NCBI GenBank assembly: GCA_002269645.1
Contig: NIVC01000911.1
Coordinates: 248,001-312,000 of the forward strand
DNA length: 64,000 bases
Direction of reading: 5' to 3'
Source of the DNA: Macrostomum lignano
Lineage: Eukaryota
Shown here: piece after piece, positions 24,101 to 46,549 of the stretch
How the letters are laid out: each line of letters opens with the position of its first letter
Numbering within the stretch: position 1 is the first letter of the stretch
Program-made: the position numbers and the translations under genes
Notes under the pieces: model-generated
Told to the model about the DNA's origin: nothing
Database searches by the model: none
What the model saw: only the letters and a program-made list of their open reading frames with translations

Positions 24101-27100
24101 CTCTGATTCCCCTGTGAATTGCTCCTTGATTTCTCTGTGAATTGCCCTCTGATTCCCCTTTGAATTGGCCACTGATTCCCTGTGAATTGGTCACTGATTC
24201 CCCTGTGAATTGCCCTCTGATTCCCCTTTGAATTGGCCACTGATTCCCTGTGAATTGGTCACTGATTCCCCTGTGAATTTCCCTCTGATTCATTTGCGAA
24301 TTTCCCAACACATCGCCAGATCGACCAGCTGACCCAAAGCCAGTCCCAGGCTGACACGCGGCACAACAAGCTGATGGAAGAGAATCAGCTTCTGCGCGAG
24401 CGGCTCAACAGACAAGAGGACGACTTTCGCGAGGTCGAAGCCAAACTAAGACGCAAAATTGAGGAGGACAAGTCGCGGTGGAAAGCCAAGTTAAACAAAA
24501 TTACCAAGGATAAGGAGGCCGAAATTGAAAGGCTGGTTGACAAGTAAGTGAATTTCTGATATTTCTTTTGATGAGCTGTTGTAAAATTATTATTTAATTA
24601 AACTTCATGGGGCTTAATTACTTAATCTTTACAAACCCCCGGGGAGAGAGTTTTATTAGGGGTTTGACTTTAACACCCGCGCGGGAGGGAGTTTTATTAA
24701 GGGTTTATGACTTTACCACTCCTGCTGGAGAGAGTTTTATTAGGGGTTTGACTTTAACACCCGCGCGGGAGGGAGTTTTATTAAGGGTTTATGACTTTAC
24801 CACTCCTGCTGGAGAGAGTTTTATTAGGAGTTTGACTTTAACACCCGCGCGGGAGGGAGTTTTATTAAGGGTTTATGACTTTACCACTCCTGCTGGAGAG
24901 TGTTTTATTAGGGGTTTATGACACTCACGTACATTTTTCCACGTTAGACTAGATTCCAAAAGATTGCTATTTTTTATTTGTAAAAAGAAAATCGTTTATT
25001 TTAAAAAATAGTTAATTTTTGTCTTGTAGAACTCGAGAATGCGAAGAGTATTATTGCAGGTTAGACTTGTATCTGTTACATGTATCTTAGAGAAATAAGT
25101 AATGATACTTGCGGTAAATTTTAATTTCAACGATATTTACAATTAAACTTATATTTTATCCCCCCTTAAGATCCATTATCTCATTGGTAATAGTCATTGA
25201 ATCATCTTTCAAAAGTGGTGATTGCCTCCAGTTGCCTCGATTTTAGGAGGATTAGTGCGCCTTGTATTTATTATGTTATTCAAAATTTAATTGCAACCAG
25301 TTGCAGGGCAGTATTTGCATAATGCATTGGGTTTTTTTAATCTGGATTTTAAATTCCTTTTACTGTTTTATAGCAGTGTCTGTGTACTTTTGTGTTGAAA
25401 ATAGGTTAATTTAATACAAATAATAATTGATTACACCTGCGATGGCCAGATGTCCAACTGACAGCTCAGCCGCAGCTATTGCGCGGCGCATCTGAAGGTT
25501 GCGTACGGCTGTTCAGTCCAAGGACTGTGGGGTCGCCACACACACCCTCAATTACGAGTTAAGTGTCTTGCTCAAGGACACAAATTGTTCCAAGTGGGTC
25601 GAGAATCGAACCCACGACCTTTCAGTCGTGAATCCGACGCTCTAACCACTAGGCTATAACCCTATAGTAGTTTTAAGATGTAAATTTGTACTTTTGTATT
25701 AAAAGTACATGTGTACTTCAGTCTTTTAAGTGCATTTGCACTTTTGTATTGAAAGTTAGATTATGCACTTCTTGTTTAAATAACATGTGCACTTTTGTGG
25801 AAAAGTACACGTAATTATCTTATTTTTATTTTAAAAAACCTTACCCAGGCTTCGCCAAACCGAGTCGGCTCTATCCGAGCATCGAATCGAGGCTGCGCGC
25901 CACCGCGCCGAATCCGAACGATTGCGCGCCGAGAATGCGCGTTTAGAAGAGCGCGCCGAAGCTTTAGACGCGCGATTAAACTCTGCGCGCGAAGACGCCG
26001 AACGGCATCGAGAAACTAGCCGGCGAGATCTGGACGCCGTTAAACAGGAGCGCGACAAGGCCCAGGCGCTGCTGGAAGAATTGAACCGCGAATTGGACAG
26101 CTGGCGCTCTGGCGGTGGCGCCGGCGGCGCCGGCGCCGCTGGCGGCACTCGCGAACGTACAGCCTCGGCGGCGGAGATGTTCAATCGGTATCGCGAAGTT
26201 GAACTGCTGGCGAAACGGTTAACACAGGAGAATAAGAATCTTCGAGAACAGTTGGAAGAGGCTCAGGCCGAACTGCTCACGAGGGGACTCGAAGAGGGCC
26301 AGGCACTGCTCAGGCGGCACGGTGGCACTACCAGCCTAGCCGCAGAGCTAGAGACCATGACTAAAGATGAGGTAAGAGGCTACTACGTTGCAATTTCAGT
26401 TTTTTAATTGTCTAAAACGGCCCTTTTAAGGGCTACTATGCTTTAATTTGTTCCTAAACAAGGAATGCAAATAGATCTTTGTGCTAATTATTTTTTTCAC
26501 TTACTAGTTACTGTGAATGCTAACAAGTTAACCCGGGCCGATATTAGCAAAGAGTCTCAATCGTTTCCTGGATAAAAAAATAAAAAGCGGTCCTTTTAGA
26601 AGCCGTCATGCTTACATTTGCTTGCAAAATAAAGACACCAGTTATAACTTTCTAGTTATAACAAGAAAGCTAACGTTTGCTAGCTTTTACTTTTTGTAAA
26701 AGTTTAAGACGGATTTATGTTTGTGCAAAATGAGTTTTTAGAGAGTTGTGAAACGGCCCTTTTAAGGGCTAAAACTCTTTACAGCTAGTTGTAGAGGGCT
26801 ACAACTCTAAAGTTAGATTTTTAGTTATGTTGTCCTTCGTTTAGTGTTGATTAGTTGTATTTGGAACTAAAGGTTTCTTTTATGTTGCTTTCTTTTGTTT
26901 CGCTCAAATGTAAAACGGCCCTTTCAAGGCCAAAAGAACTTAAATGATGTATATATATTTAAATCGGCAACAGGATGAGGCCAGTGAGGCCAGTGGCAGT
27001 GAACAGCCAACCAGCACCAGATATGATCCAATTTGGCTGACGATGTCTGATACTCAAGTAAGAATTGGCTGAGCCAGTCTAAGCAAAATTAAAGCCAGAT

Positions 27101-28871
27101 TGCATTTCTTTTTCAATAAGTGTGCAAAATTTTCTATCAGTCTACTTGAAGTAGTTTTGCAGCACGTTTTCCTTATTATTTGAAAAGCAATATCGATTTT
27201 AAAGGAAAATTCTGTAAAAGTGGAAAAATTGTCTTTAAAAGAATTATTTTATATTCTAATTTTCCTACTTGACTAAGTAGGAGTGCAAGCATATTTCCAT
27301 CAATAACTGATTCACGCATGCGTTTCGCTGTGATTTGCGGGGCTTAACTGAATTATTAATTGAATGCAGCTGGCATAATAATGGGTACATTTATTCACAC
27401 ATGCACTGGTTATTCAAAAATTATAGTGATCAACATTCCTTGCAACTTGAAGCTTATTTTGGAGTGGCACTACTTTCCTTTGAAGCATTGTTTCACTTGA
27501 AAGCAAATGTGCGCTATATTCTGTGGCTGTGGGGATTGACCACTATTGCATTGATAGAATTTTATTGTTTTTTAATGGGCTGCAGTGTCAGAAAATTTAC
27601 TTTTAAGTCAGAAATTGGACTGTAGTGTCAGGAACTGGACTGTAGTGTCAGAAAATGGACTGTAGTGTCAGGAAACTATTTGTAGTGTCAGGAAACGATT
27701 TTTAGTGTCAGAAAACCGACTGTAGTGTCAGGAAACTATTTGTAGTGTCAGTAAATTGTCTGTAGTGTCAGGAAATAGACTGTAGTGTCAAAAATAGCCT
27801 GTTATGTCAGGAAATAGTCTGCGATGTCAGGAAATAGACTGTAGTGTCAGGAAACTATTTGTAGTGTCAGGAAGTTGTCTGTAGTGTCAGGAAATAGACT
27901 TTGGTGTCAGAAAATAGCCTGTTATGTCAGGAAATAGTCTAAAATGTCAGGAAATAGCCTGTTATGTCAGGAAATAGTCTGCGATGTCAGGAAATAGACT
28001 GTAGTGTCAGGAAACTATTTGTAGTGTCAGGAAGTTGTCTGTAGTGTCAGGAAATAGACTTTAGTGTCAGAAAATAGCCTGTTATGTCAGGAAATAGTCT
28101 AAAATGTCAGGAAATAGACTGTAGTGTCAGGAAATAGTCTGCGATGTCAGGAAATAGACTGTAGTGTCAGGAAACTATTTGTAGTGTCAGGAAGTTGTCT
28201 GTAGTGTCAGGAAATAGACTTTAGTGTCAGAAAATAGCCTGTTATGTCAGGAAATAGTCTAAAATGTCAGGAAATAGACTGTAGTGTCAGGAAATAGTCT
28301 GCGATGTCAGAAAATAGACTGTAGTGTCAGGAAACTATTTGTAGTGTCAGGAAGTTGTCTGTAGTGTCAGGAAATAGACTTTAGTGTCAGAAAATAGCCT
28401 GTTATGTCAGGAAATAGTCTAAAATGTCAGAAAATAGACTGTAGTGTCAGGAAATAGACTATAGTGTCAGCAAGTAGACTGTAGTGTCAGAAAATAGCCT
28501 GTAGTGTCAGAAAATAGCCTGTAATGTCAGGAAATCTGCTGTAGTGTCAGGAAATAGACAATTAAGCAGAAATCTGTCAGAATTTAGAAATTGCACTGGT
28601 GCAATGCGAATGAAGTATTGAATATGCATACATTTTTACTGCAACAGAAGTACCCGCTGTACTTAGTTTTAACGATTTCCTGAACTTCGAACTCTGAAAT
28701 TTGCTTCAGTCAGTGTCAATTCATAGTTTTTTTTTTTCACCCTAACAGCTGATGGATCTGCTAGTCAGAGAGAAGGACGGCAACGAGAAGTTGAGGAACT
28801 ACATTGACCGGATCCTGTTGAGAATAATGGAGAAGCAGCCCGACCTGCTGGAGGTCGGCATGTTGGCGTAA
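12121..28871 (+). CDS. RAB11FIP4: Rab11 family-interacting protein, class II (FIP3/FIP4/nuclear fallout-like), ~581 aa
   Basis: Exons 12121-12273, 13468-13567, 13750-13859, 13939-14027, 18090-18257, 18690-18740, 23646-23820, 24320-24543, 25030-25059, 25849-26371, 28749-28871. All are GT-AG and phase-compatible (1746 nt). Two EF-hands (DEDDAGYITVEKF, DPQSDGKIYLNDF), an EESYEDWG motif, a coiled coil, and a C-terminal RBD (SLAAEL...LRNYIDRILLRIMEKQPDLLEV). FIP3 vs FIP4 orthology is not resolvable. Confidence 0.9.
14065..15035. repeat. 39-bp intronic minisatellite (TTGTTTGTTGTCCTGCAGTTCTAGTAGGGGTTGGGTAGA)
   Basis: About 25 near-identical units immediately after FIP exon 4. Confidence 0.95.
16260..16660. 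repeat. 28-bp C-rich minisatellite (CACATTTCACAGCCTCCCTCAACCCCAC)
   Basis: Visible tandem units in a FIP intron. Confidence 0.9.
17510..17880. repeat. Degenerate 18-bp tandem repeat (GGGATTCCCCTTCGATAC)
   Basis: About 20 substitution-diverged units. It explains ORFs 17426, 17495 and 17550. Confidence 0.85.
19435..19780. repeat. GA-rich low-complexity repeat
   Basis: Purine-only tract built of GAGAAGAG units. Confidence 0.9.
20452..21268. repeat. GA-rich low-complexity repeat
   Basis: Purine-only tract built of GAGAAGAGGGGAG/GGTGAGAAGAG units. Confidence 0.9.
22338..22945. repeat. 16-bp minisatellite (AAATATCACAAACCCG)
   Basis: About 37 units. Confidence 0.95.
23838..24295. repeat. 21-24-bp minisatellite (CTCTGATTCCCCTGTGAATTG) filling FIP intron 7
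   Basis: Occupies almost all of intron 23821-24319. Confidence 0.9.
24640..24922. repeat. 84-bp tandem repeat (~3.3 copies) made of two related ~42-bp subunits
   Basis: TTTTATTAGG marker at 24651, 24735 and 24819. Confidence 0.9.
25428..25656 (-). mobile_element. tRNA-derived CORE-like SINE (internal deletion)
   Basis: Minus strand: A box TAGCCTAGTGG, B box GGTTCGATTC, then GTGTCCTTGAGCAAGACACTTAAC, and an (ATT)n-like tail. Near-identical to 58778-59031. Confidence 0.8.
26414..26438 (+). promoter_or_regulatory. Histone-mRNA stem-loop-like motif SL1 (intronic)
   Basis: AAAAC-GGCCCT-TTTA-AGGGCT-ACTA, 22/25 identical to the H2B stem-loop in this window. Function unproven. Confidence 0.55.
26751..26771 (+). 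promoter_or_regulatory. Histone-mRNA stem-loop-like motif SL2 (intronic)
   Basis: AAACGGCCCTTTTAAGGGCTA, an identical 21-mer to SL1 with unrelated flanks. Confidence 0.5.
26912..26935 (+). promoter_or_regulatory. Degenerate histone stem-loop-like motif SL3 (intronic)
   Basis: AAAACGGCCCTTTCAAGGCCAAAA, one base shorter with an imperfect stem. Confidence 0.4.
26974..27057 (+). CDS. Putative 84-nt in-frame cassette exon of the FIP gene (DEASEASGSEQPTSTRYDPIWLTMSDTQ)
   Basis: AACAG acceptor, CAA|GTAAGA donor, phase 0-0, stop-free, GC-richer than its AT-rich flanks. Confidence 0.55.
27615..28560. repeat. 20-bp minisatellite (GTCAGGAAATAGACTGTAGT) with 160-bp higher-order period
   Basis: Variant GCGATG recurs at 27821, 27981, 28141 and 28301. 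Confidence 0.92.
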
Positions 28872-30847
28872 TTATGATCGATAAATCAATTAATGAATCT
28901 TCATCATGTGAATCTTTGTTTTGCCGCCAATTTAAACTAATACATTCGTGCAAAATTTGTAACATAAACTAAGAGTTAACTCATGACGATATTTTACTAC
29001 TGTTCAGTAGGATTAAAGCGTAACTGTGTTAAGAAAAATTGTTGTAAAGAAATTTAGCATACCCCTTTTTGCAATAAAATCCAATTGGCTGTGTTTTTAA
29101 TGTTTGTTTTGATAAAGTTTTTTTTATAACAAATATCTCAGCAGGTTTTCAATCGGGTCAAATTCCTGATATGTATCGTAGAAAACTGTATAAACTTTGT
29201 TTAGGGCCACTTATCAAAATTGTTTTTCGAAACATATCGGCGTTGAGAAAATTTTATTATGATTAAAATTACTTGTTACTATAGTTATATTATCGGAATT
29301 TTTGAGTCCAGAAATGTTTGTTCCACGTTTCCATCTACATTATCAATGAAGAATTTTTTTCACGTCCTTATCAGAAGTAATAAAGCTTTATTTGTTAAAG
29401 CATATTTCTTGCTTAATCGCATAGCTAATTAAAGCCTATCGATATCTAAGATGCTTTATACATCTCACTTGAGCACATTTGAACAATTTGTGTATAAATA
29501 GTAAGTATGATTGGATTTTTAAATAATCACTCTATCGTAATAATAAATACAGCAAATATCGAATAATGCTTTGAAAAGTTTTTGACCTTAATCGTTTAAT
29601 TTATTATTTAATCCGCAATGTTTGCCAATTCTCTTACATTCCAAGCAAAATTTTGAGCGGTTTTTAAAACGTTTTTTGAACCATTTTTATAGATTCACTC
29701 TTTTCTAGCCGCGTAAAATTGATTTGTACATAAAAATTTACATGCTACTGTTTTTAATAAGTAGAGCATCGAGCGTCTTTTGCCTATTTTATTTTTGACG
29801 CTTATATCATTGTACTAAACAAGATTTGCACTGTGTGCTCCTGCTGTCTAATTCTATTGCGCTGTTTTCTTTGAAAATCGAATCAAGTTCGCGCCAATTC
29901 AAATCTTCGCCCCCAACCACTTTCATCCCAGTTGTGGCTGTAGGTCCTCTCTGAGTCAGCCACCAGGTCACTGTGTAAGTTCATTTTGCTTTCTTTGTCC
30001 CACGCAGGCTGTTATGCGAGTTGAAAGGTCAGTTTTTGTAAGTCTTTAAGAGTTATTTAAAACTAGCTTAAATAACTTCGTGTGTTTATAAAATGGCTGT
30101 GCCTTTGCTGTTGTGTTCGGTATGCCACATTTTGCGCTTGTGCTATTAGTATTGTAATTTTCATCGCAATTTATTTGGGGAAATTTTATAACGAATTACA
30201 ACTAATTTTACTACCGTCTGCTATCATACTACTGTCTGCCGATAATTAGCACTGTAAGGTTATTTTAGGAATTTTATATTTGACCTGATCATCTTGGCAC
30301 TAGTTTTCCAACAAAGGGTTAAAATTTTAATTGTCAGGCATTATAATAAGACTGTTTGCAATGCACGGCAGTGTTTTTATTTGTTGATTATACAAGTAAA
30401 GAGTAACTAGAATTTATTACAGAAATGAGTCTAAATCAAGATAATTCGAGACTTTGTAACTTTGTGCCTTCTACGAGCCGTGAATAGATATGTAGTTGTA
30501 TTTTGATAGTTATAGAATAAATTCAAGATTTGTATATAAAAGCCAACCTCTGGCAGGCTACATGCTATGCTGTTGAAATTAGCATTAGACTAGCAATCGC
30601 CAATCACCACTTGGGAGCCTACAAAGATTTTTTTAATTTTTAAATAAACAACACGTTGTCTTCTGGCCTCTTATCAATTCCGCCAGTCATTCCCTCATTC
30701 CCGCATCATCTCATGAGTAAGCCCTGACATCTCAGCGATTCCTCCGTAAGCCTGGACATCTCAGCAATGCCCCCCGTAAGCCTTGACATCTCAGCAACCC
30801 CCCGTGGAATTTGCTATCTCAGCGATTCCACGGTTGAACGGGAGTAC

Positions 30848-32020
30848 GAGATTTGCTAGCAGGAAATCTGCTAGCCGAAGTTTGCTAGCGAGAAATTTGC
30901 TTGCCGAAGCTTGCTAGCAGGAATTTTGCTAGCGAGGATTTAGCTAGCCGAAATCTGCTAGCGAGGATTTAGCTAGCCGAAATCTGCTAGCGAGGATTTA
31001 GCTAGCCGAAATCTGCTAGCGAGAATCCAACCAAAACCGGCAAGCAGCAATTTGGCTAGCCGAACTCAGGAAGTTGTAATTAGCTAGAGAAATTTGCTTG
31101 TCCAGCTTGTCCAGAATTTCACTAAGTCCTCTATAGCGTCGCTCCACTTTTACCAATCCTCTTCAAATCCAATTTTCAACAATTTTGACACAATCGTGTG
31201 TAAAGTTTCGAGTCTCGAAGTTAATTCTGAACGGCACTGTGTACTTTTAAAGTTAGTCTGCTTTTCGTCAGCGAGACAGCCACCCTAATCTCCGCCTCTC
31301 TCCTTCCTGACCACTGGACAGATGTGTGAAGGGGGTTTTAAAATTGACTAACTTTCAGCTGCCATAAGTTTGCTCCACGTACAGCGATTGACTTCAAACT
31401 TGATAAAATTCTTCATTGACCCATTCTCTGTCAAAATGTAAAGTTTCAACTTTGTACCTCAGTTAGAACAGAAACTGTAGGCATGTGAAGTTTGTCTGCT
31501 TTTTCTGTTGTTTGTGCTACTCACTCACTCATTCCTTCAGACCAAGGATCAGGTGATAGGGCTTAATGTACATAGCAAATGTACAGTGTTCTGGAATAAC
31601 TTTTTAATAGCCTTCTCTAGTAACATTTAGCCACGACAGTTCAGTAAGGAATTCAACTACTGTCCTAACTACAAGCTATCTGATTGCGACTTGGGAGTAT
31701 TGTCCCCCACAATGACAAACTGACTTTCCAAACACTTGAACTGATGCTGTTGCTTTTAGTTATAAAATATTTGGGATTTTTACCCACTTCTCTGGATTTT
31801 TATAGGTAAAACAATACATTGCCATTGCCAGAAAACAAGCAATCTTTTGACGCCGGTTGCAAGAAGTTCGGTCAGCAAATTCCTGCTAGCAGATTTCGGC
31901 TAGCTAAATAGTAAATACTCGCTGACAAAATTCCTGCTAGCAAAATTCCTGCCAGCAAGCTTCGGCTAGCAAATTTCGGCTAGCGGATTTTGGCTAGCAG
32001 ATTTCCTGCTAGCAAATTTC
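30848..32020. mobile_element. Foldback-like element: long inverted arms of GCTAGC-containing subrepeats around a ~780-bp spacer
   Basis: Left arm ~30848-31080 (ATTTGCTAGCAGGAAATCTGCTAGCC...) is the reverse complement of right arm ~31870-32020 (...GGCTAGCAGATTTCCTGCTAGCAAAT). No TSD or ORF found. Confidence 0.65.
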
Positions 32021-32135
32021 ATAGACCCTATCTATCAGCGTGTTACGGCTATTAAGATGACAAGAATTAGAAATAGTATGGAAGTAAAGTAAGTGCCGAA
32101 CGATTTCGAACGAATGTAAAAGCATCGTTTAAATG

Positions 32136-32160
32136 TGGTGGCCCTGAAAAGGGCCGTTTT
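32136..32160 (-). promoter_or_regulatory. Histone 3'-UTR stem-loop of H2B
   Basis: Minus strand AAAAC-GGCCCT-TTTC-AGGGCC-ACCA, the canonical SLBP-binding element, 85 nt downstream of the H2B stop. Confidence 0.93.
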
Positions 32161-32239
32161 AGCGTTCTTTAGAATTAGCCTTATCGTAACTTCCTAGCGG
32201 CCGGAGAATAGACTCCACTCCGCAGAATCAAGGACCCTC

Positions 32240-32605
32240 CTACTTGGCACTGGTGTACTTGGTGACGGCCTTGGTGCCCTCGCTGACGGCGTGCTTGGCC
32301 AGCTCACCAGGCAGGAGCAGGCGAACGGCAGTCTGGATCTCCCGGCTGCTGATGGTGCTGCGCTTGTTGTAGTGGGCCAGTCGGCTGGCCTCGCCGGCGA
32401 TGCGCTCGAACACGTCATTGACGAAGCTGTTCATGATCATCATGGCCTTGCTGGAGATGCCAGTGTCGGGGTGCACCTGACGGAGCACCTTGTAGATGTA
32501 GATAGCGTAGGACTCCTTCCTCCTGCGCTTCCTCTTCTTGTCAGTCTTGGGAGCCTTGGCCTTGCTGGCCTTCTTGGCGGCCTTTCCACTGACTTTCGGC
32601 GGCAT
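32240..32605 (-). CDS. H2B: Histone H2B (replication-dependent type), 121 aa, intronless
   Basis: [12 protein letters not shown]...[26 protein letters not shown]...[26 protein letters not shown]. The real ATG is at 32605; the ORF track extension to 32761 is spurious. Confidence 0.98.
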   Translation of the reverse strand: MPPKVSGKAAKKASKAKAPKTDKKRKRRRKESYAIYIYKVLRQVHPDTGISSKAMMIMNSFVNDVFERIAGEASRLAHYNKRSTISSREIQTAVRLLLPGELAKHAVSEGTKAVTKYTSAK

Positions 32606-32682
32606 GCTTGTGAGTTTGACTTCGAAGGTATTCGAATAATTTCGGAGAACGAAGTTGTGTTGACTTGTGTTCGAGAAAAGCG

Positions 32683-32765
32683 TGTATATATTATGCGTCA
32701 GTCCGTTTCTGAACCGCAAAAGTCTGCTAAATCGATATTTTAGTGAAACCCTGACAGCCAATCAG
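32683..32765 (-). promoter_or_regulatory. H2B core promoter: TATA-like AATATATAC and inverted CCAAT box
   Basis: TATA-like element ~80 nt above the ATG; GCCAATCA at ~32757-32764. Confidence 0.45.
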
Positions 32766-33650
32766 CTACGAGCTCTGCAATGGGCAAACAAATCTAAACT
32801 GCGCGAATCGTTTCACTCTACTATCAGCGGTACATAGAGAGTATTTTTTTCTAAATCTTATAAACATTCAAAATTGAAGACGGCGTCAAACTGATTCTGA
32901 ATCTCGTAGAAACTGGAAGTTTATTTACTTTTTTAGTTGTGTATGTAGAATTTACTTTTTGTCTTACACGATATGTATCGAAAGCTTACTTTGTAGGACA
33001 GTTTCTGATTATTGTGATTTGTTTTTATTAATCAAATAACTAAAACTAAAGATTCGCTGTAATAAATTGGGTTTAGGCTTCATTGCAGCGCGATACGCAA
33101 AACTATAGTTATTCACATTTTAGGCTTGAAAATCTTTATTAAATAAGATAGTAAGATAGATAGATAGCACTCAACAATAGTAATTTAAACACAGTTACAA
33201 ATATGTGGCATCGGAGGGTAAGAAAGTATACTGTATAGCAACAAGTTTACAAATGCAACAGGAAATTTTAGTGGCAAAAGCGGGGCAGATAATATACAGA
33301 TAATTTTTGCCACACAAAGTACATGTACGAGCACGTAGATAGACCAATTTGCGAATCATTTTTTACTGAATTGATGAAATCCGTAAAATATGTCGACTAC
33401 ATTCGTTTAATGCTACTTTGACTGATTTTAAGTAACATAAATCGTTTTTCTGAAGAAATGAAAACAGAAAAAACAAAATCTAATTTTTTTATGCTGAGGC
33501 GCGTAAATACGAGCGTAAGGACAATTTTTGCTTTACTTTGACTAAGCAGAAAAAGCAATTTATAAAGGAGAGCAATAAATAGCATAGCAGAAGAAATAGC
33601 AAAACCAACGGTATTCTTCGCTTAATCTCAAGCAAAATTAGAATCAGTTT

Positions 33651-45642
<11,992 letters not shown>

Positions 45643-46549
45643 TTCGCCAAAATAAAAAACTTGTTGCTCTGTTTGGCTAAATTACAACAGCCTCTCAAAT
45701 GGTAGCAATGGTGTTTAGTAAGTATGTTTTTTGCAGCTCAAACAGCTTAAATAACCCGTGTGTGGGGAGGGAGTTTCGCGTTATCGCGCGTGCCATTGTT
45801 GCCAAGCCTCAGACACAGTGGAGAACTGCTCAGCCAATGAGCAGTGAGCGGCAGAGCCCCCCAGATAGAATTTTACTGGTCGCGGCTCCCGTATCCAGGC
45901 GGTTGGTGGGACCGCTGAGTTTGGCGGCTTGAGCAGCCCGCCCGCCCATGCCCCAATTCTCACTTTCGTTTATCCCACCGGCCATAGTTACTAAAATGAT
46001 CTAGCTCGTAACGCTCGCAATGGAACGGACAGGCCCACCGGTTGAGCGTATAGCAACTCAATTCATTCTTACTGATGGTCATTTTTTTCAACAAAAGAAA
46101 CAATAATTGTTGAATTTCGCTAATAACATTTGCCACAAATATATACGATAGTTGGTTATTATGCTACAAGTAACAGTCAAATAGTGTTCATAATAAACAA
46201 TTTGATAATTATAATGGCTAATGAAACAGCAGGCAAATGCAACAAGTTGTGCCTGCCTTTGGTGTAACATTTTATTAGCTGTTAGTTTTTTACTAGTTTG
46301 TTGCTAAGTGGCAAGAACAAGAATATGGGGTAGAGTACAGAGTAGGTTACAGTGTAAGTTATAGAGTAGAGTCTAGAGTCGGTTAGTAGATTAGAAAAGT
46401 AAAGTAGTAAAGTAGATTACAGAGTAGGTTTAGGTTAGGTTACAGATTTACAGAGTATGATACAGAGACCAGAGTGGGTTACAGAGTAGGCTACATAGTA
46501 AACTACAAAGTAGGTTACACAGACGTCAAGAATGTGTATTACAGTTTGC

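Noticed and set aside
25590-25656. tRNA gene candidate
   Set aside because: It is the tRNA-derived head of a SINE continuous with a repeated body, with no complete acceptor stem or poly-T terminator.
32606-32761. 52-aa N-terminal extension of H2B in the ORF track
   Set aside because: It covers the promoter (TATA/CCAAT); the canonical start MPPK is at 32605.
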